The position numbers and the translations under genes are program-made. Positions 39,919-51,779 of a stretch of 64,000 nt of DNA are shown piece by piece. Position 1 is the stretch's first letter; the number at the start of each line of letters is the position of its first letter. This stretch comes from Azolla caroliniana (lineage: Eukaryota > Plantae > Polypodiophyta), in assembly GCA_043228905.1 (NCBI GenBank), contig JBHGNT010000014.1:20274001-20338000 (forward strand), read 5' to 3'. The notes beneath the pieces were generated by a model. It was not told where the DNA came from. It saw only the letters and a list, made by a program, of their open reading frames with translations, and searched no databases.

Positions 39919-42900
39919 TTAAACATTAATTTGTGTCAGTTCACGTTTCTTCACAATGTCCTCGATTCTCTTCACTTGCTTCATATTCAATTCTACTGTT
40001 TCAGTGAGTTTTTTAACAGCTTGCTTTAGCCGGTTCAGTTGAACATCAGGTACCACCATTTGTCTTTGCATGTGGGATGGAGAATGAGCAGTGCGATCAC
40101 CAGAAACATTCAGCTGGCATTTCATCTGATCCTTTAACACATCCACAACATTGTGGAGAATATCCAGATCATGGAGCATCATGAAATCTAGCATAAATCA
40201 ACCAAAAAATATGAAACAATTAAAAATAATGATGTCAAATTTAACATAAAATTTGCTGAGAGATTGGCTTTGATACTCCAAGTCTAGGCTTTCATTCCTG
40301 GCCTTTTTCTATTACTAATAATGCAATGTGATATGCTTTACTCATGGCAGTGATCGTACCAAGTTGAGATTTGTACTCCCGTTCAGAGTAAGTAAGAGGT
40401 TTCTGCTTAATTGCCAGCAGGGAGTTATGTTTCTTCACTCGAGCTTTCAAAAGTTTGTTCTTCTGGAAAGCTGCTGCAATTCTGAGGTGTAGAGAGTTTG
40501 ACGCTTGCAATGCTTCAGTCATCTTAGATTGTGCCTCAGATAATCTTCTCTGCTGATCTTGAACAACTTTGTGAAGACGGATGCCATGTGAAGTAAGCTC
40601 TACGTGAACCTGACATAGTTTTGAATTTTTATTTTATTTTCGGAGGAGAGTATTTGAGCTATATAATTAATAATGAAATAAAGAAGGCACATCAAAAGAA
40701 CCTAAAGAAGAACCTGATCTCAAAAGTTAGTTTTGAGGAATTGGCCGTGGTAATCTCAGCTCTTCTTTGTTGCTATCAACAAAGATGACCAGAGATGACC
40801 AAAAGAACCTAAAAAGGTCCTGCTCTCAAAAGTTAGCTTTAATCAATTGGGCCATGGACAAACGCAACATCTGGGAGGTTAGAGAATAAACCAAAGCACT
40901 AAGAGAGGATAAAACCAATGCTTAATTTCTTCTCCGAAATGAACAATATTTGGGCACTTCAGAGAATGGGAACAACTAGAAACCATAAGTCCATTCGGTG
41001 AAAACTAACCAAGGAAGAAGTTAGCCTTTCTGAAGCGATTTCTGAAATAGATAGATTTTGTCTTCATTCTCAAACATAAGGCAAGAAAACAGATCATGCT
41101 CTCAAGCTGACAAAATGAAAAGAATTTCAGCAGCTTCTCTTAGCTTGCCTCACCAAAATTAGCAAGGAGATAGTGACGTGTCCAATTTCCGATATGTGCT
41201 GATCCTTCAGCATATTCCTTTATAAGAAGATCCTCTGCAACAGGAATTCCTTGGGAACAAACTTCTTCAATATGTATGTTAATGCCCTCTACCGTAGTAA
41301 CTTCTTGAGATAAACCTGACGAAGACTGGGAAGGTACTAGTGTCAAGTCATCACAAACAAAAGGGTCTCCCATTATTTTAGCATATCCTTTTACTATTAT
41401 TATCCAGGTAGTTGATGACAACAAAAACTCCTTGGGATAATCAGGGCAAGGAGCTATGGTTATATAGAAGTCGCCCTTCTCCCTCACCATCAGCCCCGTG
41501 TGTATAGAAACTATACATATATATGGATCTTTGACATATCCTCGATCCCAAATACACAGCTATGATATAATCTTAAACCCATAGTATACATCCAAGCCAA
41601 TCTTCCATCATTAGGATATAGTGTCCAATTCCTAGTTCCCGTTGCTCAGGCTAAATCAATAAGAAAGTTGCCATACAATCAATCATGTTACAGAAATGTA
41701 CAAGGAAGTTTCATCTCGAGAGGAGAGTGCACACTGATTGGGACACATTTTGGAATAGCAAGAGAGGTCTCTTCCTGTACAATATGGATTGACCTGTCAC
41801 TGACAAGTCTTGTTTCTGGGGTTGCCACAAACAAGTTTTGACACTCTGTTTCTCCACACATAAGAAACAGATTTCCATTGCATTTAGAGACACTGAATCC
41901 ATCTATTCTATTGCATTTTCACATCTGGTTGGAAAGTAAAGCACATAAACAATGTGTGGTGCACAGGAACTTCATGCTTTCAGCTCTCTTCAGAACCATT
42001 GTGTACATCAGAGTGCAGGCAACCTTGACCCTAACCATTAGTGACATGATCGTCAGTCAAACCTAAAGCAAAGCTTGATTGTGAACCATATGCATATAAA
42101 GAATAAATTATTCAAACTAACACAACCATAAGCCCTTGCAGGTAGTTCCTTATGCTCTAATAAAATATTATCCTACCTAGACTCTTTAGAAATATGATCC
42201 AAATTCTTTTCAGCATGAGTATATTGTGCATCCAAAATAGTAAGAAACAGAGGAGATCAATTACCCGATGAGCATATTCAATATATTTCTCATGCAGCAA
42301 TTTCCACTGATCATGAAGGAATTCTCTCCCTTCAATAGAATCTGTGGTTAAAACACGACCCAAAGACAAGACCTGGTAGCACCAATCATTTTCTGTTATC
42401 TTCCCATAATTACCTTGGATATACATAGCATGGTATCATTGTTAAATCATTACTTACATTTGGGATAGGAATGTCCTTGGGTCCTTGTAAAAGCTCTTTG
42501 CTAATGACTTGCGGTACAGCAGCTTCAAGGTTATCCACATCTTCAGCACCATTTTTATTCCCATCTATTTGCAGAGGATCTAGAGCCAATCGTGATCTTA
42601 TTCCGATTACCACACACTCACACGAAGACGTGACAGCAACCAGCCATATATCACCATAGCAATCCAATACCTCAGTGACCCCTAGTAAAGGTAAATTGAC
42701 AGACCTCCCCCCTGGACACGTATCAAGAATAGGATAAACGATCGGAGGTCTTCCTGATGAAGCCCTTTCTATAGGCTGCTCAGAAAATGGAAGCCATTGC
42801 AACAAAATGGCATCAATTCCTGCTGCATGATGGCAATACAAACGCTCTGGTGTAACTGGGTCTGCTAACATTGAGAGTGGAGCAGAATCTAGAACACTTG

Positions 42901-45900
42901 TTGGCAATGCAAAATCAATCACTGCAAGCTGCAAAAGAGGTGGCAACTGGCATGTCCAAACACCACCATGTTTTTCTAGAATGCTTTGATCCTTCGTTAT
43001 ACCATCTTTAGCAAACACTTGATTTGAAGAAATATGTTCTTCGCGCATTTCAGCTAGCATTCCCACTGATAAAACAAACCCTTCATCACTAACCTGCACT
43101 CGAGGCGGAATCTCTTCATTCCATACTGGCTGCACTTCATCAGCAAGTGCATATAAGTGCATTTGACCGTCCCTGAAGCTTACTGATAGTATGCTATCTT
43201 TACCAACAATACTGTACATCAGCATTGAGGCAGGACTGCTGCTTTTAGAAGGACTAGTCTTCCCGGGAATATCTGCACCCATTATGACAGGAAGAGGACC
43301 CTGACATACATCATCATTTTATAGTGTGAATACGAAAGGAAATGATGAATATAAAATAGCTATTACATTGCACCAGGCACTCGGCTAAGCTATAATGACA
43401 GATAATTAAATTCCAGACAGGGGAGGGCACATAGATTTCTACTAAGGTTGCATAAACATTAGAAAGTTGTCTGCCTTGCAGCAGTATCGATGCATTGGCA
43501 TCCTGGTAGAAATATGCCATATAAATGAAACATCTAACATACCTGTAAGCAAAGTGAAGAATTGAAAGGAACATGAGGAAATGCCTTCCAGACAGACACA
43601 CTAGAACCACCTAAGTGTGAAATCAAACAGGGGAAAACAGCCTCCAACCAGGCAGCCGCAAGACTTGCATTACTAACTGCTTTTGGATTCCCACCTTGAG
43701 ACGCCCACTGGCAAGCATCCTTATATATCTCCTCTATGGCAGGTATATTATGAAGACTGAAAATAGAGCAAATCATGAATGGCCACTCAAACACTGATAA
43801 TCCCAATAAACAACTACCACTATACAAACCCTGTTTAAACCATTTTCTTACCTTCCAAAAGGTGAAATTGGACATAATGCATATATGGCTCCAGTGCTAA
43901 ACAATATGAATACCTGACATAAAAGAGGTCAAGGATTGATATCGTTCACTAGAATCACAACTATTGGCATAAACTTGACATTAATGCTAAGTACACATAC
44001 AGTAAAGCGGTCCCACAAGTGTTCCCCTCCAAATGAAAAAGCCACAGGCCGAGCATATGTAGCTGGTATAGATCTATCCAAAACTTGAGACTGCAAGTGG
44101 TACTCTTGCTCTGGGCTTTCCACGTTGAGTGATAAATCAAACAATCTGCAGCAGGTGACATTGAAGGCAAACTCTCATTATTAGCTATTCTCTGAATTTA
44201 ACATCAATTTGATGATCATCACAAAACCTGAAAACGCCATCAGATGAAAGAACTCCAAGGTGTGTGTCACTGTAAGGATGCCAAGAAACCTGCAGTATGC
44301 GTAATGCTTTACTAGAGCTCTGAAACTTATCTCCTCCAATGATCAATGCCCTGAATTTCCATAAAAGAACAGTTTAGAGCATAGAGTGTATTGAATTCTG
44401 TTATCTTGTTGTGAATACACCTATAGACTTTCGTGAAAATTGAGAAATAATAAGATAGCGGGAGCAAAGCATCATTGCATCAAAGCAGTCCACCTAAAAT
44501 AAAAATGACATTGTCAACCTATCACCATCAGTTTGTTTGAGCCATCGTAACATGAGCAAAAGATTAATTAATGCTCTCCTTGCAAATACGTACAGAATGA
44601 ATTCACATCATTTGTAAACATTCGTGTCTGAATATAAGTGTATATATAAAAACACGGTGATTAAGGTTCCAAATAGGAGACCACATTTTCAGTTGACTTA
44701 TCAGATACACCTTTATTCTAGCTACTTCAAAAAGGAGAAGATAGCGGCAAGTTTTTTTGGCCTAGTACTAAGACTTGTCATCTTTACCTAAACAGTCCTT
44801 ATCTGCTTCTTGGCTCTCAAGAATCTCTGCACGTCTCTGTTAGGGAGCTACTACTCTATGAATATGCTGTGTAATTATGGCAAGGATTCCATCCAAACGA
44901 CACTAATCCACCCAGTATAATGGATAGGGAAGTTCATAAACATATTTATAGAGTTGCAAGCATTTGCCATTGAAACATGTTGTGTTTTACAGAAGCCTTT
45001 CCAGTCCTGCACATTCGAGTTCAGAGTCTTTCTATATTTATTAAATGGTGATATTCTGATGTTTCCATTCCAATGGCATGTAGACAAAGAAATACAAACC
45101 ATAATGCATTTGCATTTTGGATCGACACACTCTAGATACCTAATAGAAAAATACCATGTGAAAACATAGAAGAACAAGAACGAAATACCTCACATTGTAT
45201 GACGAGCTGTCCAGTGACTCGGATGAAGATGGCAGTTGCGATGTAAGATTAATGACTGCAAGTTGCATATCACCAGCAAGCACCAAGCATAAACCTCTTC
45301 TATTAAATGAGAGAAAACGAACTTGGAAGTCCAGATGTATGTGGGGACGCAAAGTCTGTATCATAAATTTAAGTTTAGAAAGAGATAGCTGCTCAAGAGT
45401 TGAAAAGCAACTAAAAGATGCCAAATTTTTTGCATGCCCTACTAGTAAAGAAGTAGAACATGGAATAATGAAAAGTAATGGCTAAAACCTTCTTTGTCCT
45501 ACTTAATTATAGTCATGTGGAATGCAAGACAGATTTCTTACCTATTTTAGTTCAGAAAGACATGCATATTCACACCATTACGAGGGATGGAAAGCTCAAA
45601 GGCACCAACAACAAAAAAAAAACACTAACAGAAAGGCAATGAGTAAAAATAAACACCTTGAAATTCTTCTTGGAAAGAAGAGTACTTGCTTTCTCCGAAT
45701 GTGTTGAGGAGGAAGATGAAGAAGAAGTTTCGGGTTGATCTATTTCGACGCAGTGAAGAAGACGTTGGGAGGAGTTCCATACGAAAAGGCGACCACATCT
45801 GTCGTAAGCGATGAGGTTCAGAGGAAGCCGCCATGGAGAAGAAGCGGAAGAAGCTTCGTCGGGGAGGTCGTGCTTCTGCTTCTGGGAGGGGAGATCGACG

Positions 45901-45971
45901 GAAAGCTTGGCGAAGACGAGGTTCTGCGAGAGGGGGACGAGAGGCGCAGGGACGACAACGACGTCCGCCAT
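39919..45971 (-). CDS. NUP88: Nuclear pore complex protein NUP88 (MOS7 homologue), about 831 aa
   Basis: Exons 45971-45657, 45355-45189, 44350-44228, 44145-44001, 43913-43852, 43756-43543, 43300-42458, 42372-42265, 40609-40360, 40187-39919 (2496 nt in frame). Motifs QVSWHPYSDTHLGVLSSDGVFRLFDLS, PEQEYHLQ, FSFGGEHLWDRFTV, ALADEVQPVW and a C-terminal coiled coil. Confidence 0.93.
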
Positions 45972-47469
45972 GGCAAGGCAGGCGAAGAAAGAAGAAGCTT
46001 CTCCTTCTTCTTCTTCTTCGGCTTCAGAGATACAGTGAGTTATTTTTGTTCATTGAATACTTAACGCTTCTTTTACATATTTATCTAGCTTGCCCCTAAG
46101 TTTTCCATAATTCCCAAACATACCCCTCCACCCTAGCACTAGTAATACTTACAAGTTACTACTAATAGTCAATAGGCGTAATGTATGTATACCAATCAAC
46201 GAATGCATCATATACATATATACATATGTAAGCATAACCTTGTCACTATTTACGCAAACCCCCCCCCCCCCCGCTGTTGTAGGATAGTAAGGACCTTTTT
46301 TATGGCCCCTGCAGAACCCCTCTCTTTGATGCTCCGCTTTTGAGACCTGCTCACTTACATAACGCCAACTCCTCTCGGAATTACGAAGTGCTCGCTCTCG
46401 CTCTGTTGCTGAAACAACTGAAGCCAGTCTTTCCTTTCAGGGCCCATGTGTATGTGTGTTGTGGTGCTCCTTGGTGATCAATGAACAAGATTTGGCTCGT
46501 TTCCCCTACATTTGATTGAAATCTAGACCCTAACACCTATCTAAGGTAGTCAAAATCAACCTTATATGGCACGAGAAAGTGCAACTCTTGCTCCTTGAAC
46601 AAAAACAACTAAAAAGTTGGGAAATGTTTCACACTTAACAATACACAAAGTTATGATGCAATAACCCAAAACGCTTGCAATTGTGCTTAGCCGCCTCCTC
46701 AACAATTGTACAAAATATCCACATTGCATTTGAAATGCACATGGTGACATTTTAAATCCATTATAGATGGCAACCCACTCACCATCACTTGCCAACTATA
46801 AACAAATTTGACACAAAACGGAAGAAGAAATTCTCATATTATATCCAATATTTTGACTCGCTATCATGTACATTAAGAGAATGGTGACATGTGAGTATAC
46901 CTTTGCCACCAAGTATGTGTTGGTTTGGACCGTCTAAAGGCTATGATCTACATGCATGGATCAATTAAATACTACATAGGGCTCTTGAGCTAAGCATCAC
47001 CATAACTTTGATTTCAAACTCAAGACTTTTATTTCACAATGTAGGGGTTTTCAAGACGAGTAATTTTGTTGGTAGAATAATATTGTAGTTGTTTGCATCC
47101 TTGCCATTGTCACATAACCAATGTCAAACTTCACCACCATGAGAAGAACTAATATTAGTATTGGCCTTTTAACTATGTGAGTCTTTAATTGTATGCTTGA
47201 AGTACCTAGAATATGACAAAGTGCAATGCTCTTTGAACGACATTTTGCAAATAAAGTTTGTCCTTTTTTCTCTAGGATACCATGTCTTTTACAAATTTAG
47301 TTGTAAATACACATACGAGAATTTGCTACAAGCAGTACATGTGTAAAGGCAAATCCAATTAAAAACTCAAAAAACCCATGGGAGTGTTTCTTTATACTCT
47401 CCACACGCCTCTCAATTTTCATAATATTTGACTATATGGCCGCTAAAGTGTTGCTCCTTGTATGGGGAA

Positions 47470-47581
47470 AGGGGTATTTTGGTAAATTCCAGATAAGTGG
47501 TGGGGAGGGGTATTTGGGTAAATTTTCCAAAACTGGATACAGAGGGAAGTGGGCCGAGAGAGAGCTGCTCTGTTAGGGTTT
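47470..47581 (+). promoter_or_regulatory. Two tef boxes, a site II element and a telo-box
   Basis: AGGGGTATTTTGGT (47470) and AGGGGTATTTGGGT (47506) match ARGGRYAN5GT; TGGGCC at 47550; TTAGGGTTT at 47573-47581. Confidence 0.7.
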
Positions 47582-47600
47582 CCTCCTCCTCGTCATCACC

Positions 47601-49007
47601 ATGTCGAAGAAGAACAGCCTCTCTAAGCGAAAGAATCAGTACGAGTTCGACCTCAAGAGTATGTATATCCCCCCCCCATTAATTCATTCTCTCCCACTTC
47701 CATTCATCGCCTGAAAACGCTTTCTTTTTCTTTCGGATTTTGTTTTTTTGGTTTTGATGGTTTTTCTGTGTCTGTGTGTGTATATCTGTTCGTGTGTCTT
47801 TCTCTCAGGGGAGAAAAAAGATCGAGAGAAGAAAGAGAAGAAACTGAAAGCCAAGTCTGATCAAATGAAGGTATTACTCGGAGACTCCTCCTCGTCCTTC
47901 TTCTTTTCTTACGCTCATGCCCCAGTGGGTGTATTCCATTGCATAAATTTATATATTCGTCTGTTTTGCTTGGTTTGGATCACCTGGGCTAGTTGGTTTA
48001 TTCATCGATTGATTCGCTTTGATTTTGATTACATTGACTCAATTGTTTGTTTTTGCATCATCTCTTCTTTTTCCCTTTATTTGACTAGATCACAAAATCT
48101 AAGCCCAAATCTTCTTTTATTTGCCGTGCTTTTGGTAGTTTTTTTGTTCTTGATTGGTTTAATCACATGGATTTTAACTTTTAATTTCCTGTATCTCTGT
48201 TTATTTGCTTGAATCGATCACATAGGTATATTCTTCCGTAGTTATTTATCTTTTTTTTGTTTTGTTTGCATGTTTGGTCATGGTGATTTCATCTTTGCTT
48301 TGATAAACTCCTTTTTTGTTTGTCAATTTGTTCACGTTGCTTCATCTTTGTGTTCTCTCTCTCTCATCTCTCTGTGTGGAGCATTCATGTATCAAAGCTG
48401 AACTACCTATGCACTCGGTCCAAATCTATATGTACTACTTTACTAGAAGCCAATGCAGAATAATTTATCACAAATTACATATATTTTGCTATATCTCCTT
48501 CACTTATCTTTGATTTTCTTTATCTTCTTGTTTTGCTAGGTTGGTTCGATAAATTCACAACTATGTTTTATTATCTTTCTTCTTTTTGTTTTGGTTGGTC
48601 ATTATATCATTTGTTCAAATTTGTGTTTTGTTGTTCTTTTTTTTTTACTCAGTTGTTTTGATCGAATTGCTTCATCTTTAGTGGGCTTTATCTCGCTTTA
48701 TTTTCTGGTTAATTTGTTCCAACTGATTCATCTCTGCATGGGCTGATTTATATTTTTTTGCTCTTTGGTCTATTGGGTTGTATCACATCATATCAATAGA
48801 CCAAAGACAAAATATAAGATAAAGCAACACAATGCAGAGTAAAGGAGGTTTAATGTATCTTGCATTGATGTGAATTTTGATCAGGTTGATTCCTCAAAGA
48901 AGAAGAGTAAACGAGGTTTTAAAGTTGGAAAGAAAGGCAAAGTGAAGGTAAAATCTTCAGCTCTCGCTAAGGCCAAAGCTGCACAAGCTATGGAAGTGGA
49001 CTCTTGA
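47601..49007 (+). CDS. Small Lys-rich protein of unknown function (80 aa)
   Basis: Exons 47601-47658, 47809-47870, 48885-49007 (GT-AG, 243 nt) give MSKKNSLSKRKNQYEFDLKREKKDREKKEKKLKAKSDQMKVDSSKKKSKRGFKVGKKGKVKVKSSALAKAKAAQAMEVDS. Good ACCATG start context. Confidence 0.88.
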
Positions 49008-50884
49008 AACACATATTGTCTAATGAAGGATTTCTGTTCTTCCTCGTCAGAGACTTCATCCCAGTCAAATATATACCATTCTAACCTAAAATGTGTTTCT
49101 GATTTTCACTAATTTTAGGCACTACATGTACATCTGAGACTTGTGTTTTCATCTTTTCAAGAGGTCATTAGATATTATGGCATTGGGTTGGTTTTATGGC
49201 ATCATCTCTATGGTTTTAGTCTATTTTGTTAGAGCGTGAGGGTGGATATGAGTTGCAGTGGGTGGAGTTGTAAAATTGTTTTAATCTTTTAGCTGTCAAA
49301 TTGAGCATGTGATACATGGCTTGGTGTTGCAAAGTGTGGAGCATCCTTTTGTACACAATCATCTTGGAAAATATTAACCCCTAGACTTACCGTGAGAAAA
49401 AGATTTTAAACTTCGTAATCATCTCGGAATACATTACGCATTTGCGAATTTAGCGGTTAGAATTTTCCATGTTGATGAAGAAGCTGAAATCTATGCATGG
49501 AATGGAAGATGTTGTGCTAGCCATAATGGAGTTTCACCTTCGTGGAGCTTGAGGTCAGTATGTAAAGATATTTGTATGAGTCTAGTCTAGGAAATGACAT
49601 TGTACAGTTAATACAACCTTATAGGAATTGTTTGAAACATTATGCATGATGTCCTCATATCTGAAACATTCCAAATTGGCTTGTTCTTTTGTTCCTTTAG
49701 TACATCAAAGCAACATAGGCTAGGTGAATATTTGTCAAATCCCCAATTCCTACTTTCAATCCATACTTGTCTAGATGAGTGTGAAAACATGGCTGATTGT
49801 TTCTAATGTGGATTCTTGGATGTAATGAAGCATTGACTAGTTGCCATTAGTAATTTTCACTAATGGAGTTTCAATATTAAAAACTTTGTTCTATATTGGG
49901 TGGGTTCTCTATTTCATGTGGAGGGTTTGCAACATAAAACATGAACACATATCCTCGTGGCCCTTTCTTTTCCTCTACCTGTGCATCCATACATTCCTCA
50001 TATTGCATTCAAACCATTACCAGAGAACTCAGCCATATAAAAGCAAGTGGCTCATCTAGATTTGTTGTGGTAAGCATTCAATATCCCATGAGGCGATCCT
50101 AGGCTTTGTACTTTCATTTCTATATGACCCTCGTGGCCTTCGTTACGTTATTTTGTGTTGCTTCATTGTTGAGTCTTCTTGCTTGACCTTTTCGTTAGCA
50201 ATGTTTGTAGTAATGGGTGTAATCTCCCGCTAGGTCTCCGGTTTCACTTCCGTTGCTGTAATGACATGTGCCCATTCTTCCACCCGTGCAAGCAAGCAAG
50301 CAAGAAGTGGAACTCCAAAGAGGCAAAGAATTAGCAATGGCCACATCCTCAGTAGCGTAGCAAGATCTTCCGGTGAGTGTTAAATAAGTGGGACCTCAAA
50401 CAATTGCCCGATACTTCAAACGTGTAAATAAGAAAATCCAAATAACAATTGTTATGTTTATAGCCTATAAATGGCTTGATTCGGCTTTTTTCCTTGAGTG
50501 AGGCTCGAAAGAAAAGAAAAGAAAAGAAAAGAAGTCGTTTTAAGTTTGACAGACTGGAAAAGAGTAAGTTTTAGCCATGGTGATTCTATTTTGTTCGTAA
50601 TATATTAAAAGTTATTACTTCGGAAACCGTAGAGCCTCTAGCAAGCCGGTGGTGCAAGCGCATAAGGTGAATGGGACCCTACCTTTCTATCAGGAGTACT
50701 TCGTTTTATGAAAAAACCTCATAAAGCTCGTATATACCCTGGTTCATACATCCAAATAAACCCTAATCTTGGCTCTGAATGTCAAAGCAGGGAGTGGCCG
50801 AATGAAAGAAGCGTTTGATTTCAATAAATCCGCTTTCAAAAGAGATATTCGAATCGTATCTCCTCCCTTAATGCCAAAGTATAC

Positions 50885-51546
50885 TGTTAGAAATTGACGC
50901 TTTCAAACCTTCACCTCTCGGCCACAACCGAGGACACACGAGTCAATGCAGCAGTAAATCGAAAACACAGAGAGAGACTCGAATGCACAGGGTTTAGCGT
51001 GGAAAACCCTAGACGGGAAAAACCACGGGAGTGCAAGACTCCAACTATCACTATACGCAGGGAATGTACAATGGCGAGCTGCAAGGCGACGACCTTGAGC
51101 TCGTTGTCCTCGCCACAGGCGGCGGTATTACACAGAGGCGTCGACCTCTTCCTTTCTCTCTCTCTCTCTCACTCTCTCTCTCGGCTGCTCTCACTTCGCT
51201 CCCTCTAAGTGGAAAACAGAAAAATGAGCAACAACTAAAACTGTTTGCCCTAAGTCATATTTATACACATATGACTTTCGGGCTATTTACAAATATAGCC
51301 TAGAGGGCCCTTGGCAAACATATTCACAAATATGTCCCCGCATCCGGATCTCTCTCTGGGTACATTCGTCATCCGGCTCCGTAGCCGGGGTCTTCATCAT
51401 CCAGATCCGAAACCGGGTCTTCATCATCCGGCTCCGTAACCGGGTCTTCATCATCCGGCTCTGATACCGGGTACTCCTCATTCGGGTCTTCATTCCCGAT
51501 TCCCGGACATCTGACCATCCCATCCGGAGGGACCGTAATCCCAACA
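50885..51546 (-). mobile_element. Solo LTR (662 bp), related to the one at 19319
   Basis: TGTT...AACA termini, perfect 5-bp TSD TATAC, and internal ~27-30-bp repeats (GGGTCTTCATCATCCGGCTCC). Confidence 0.9.
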
Positions 51547-51779
51547 TATACTTTGTATTCAAGAAGGAAAAACGAAGTGCAATGAGTATAATGGTGCTCG
51601 ACCTTTCGTGCGATTAGGAAATTCCATAGTAATGGTCCCGTGAATTCGAGAATATGCCAAAACGACAAGATCATCTACATAAATTAAAAGTATTACTAGA
51701 AATGTCCAATGGTTGGTTTTTTCCCATGTCTCTTAAGGTATTTTGGCGGAACTCATCTAGTTGGTTAGTGCAAAGGCCA

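Noticed and set aside
41140-41490. 116-aa ORF in a NUP88 intron as an alternative exon or nested gene
   Set aside because: NUP88 is complete without it; possibly a retroelement remnant, but not identifiable by eye.
45735-46099. Plus-strand ORFs overlapping NUP88 exon 1
   Set aside because: Antisense shadows of a GC-rich first exon.
50630-50682. Group II intron 3' end (…GACCCTAC)
   Set aside because: No convincing domain V hairpin upstream.
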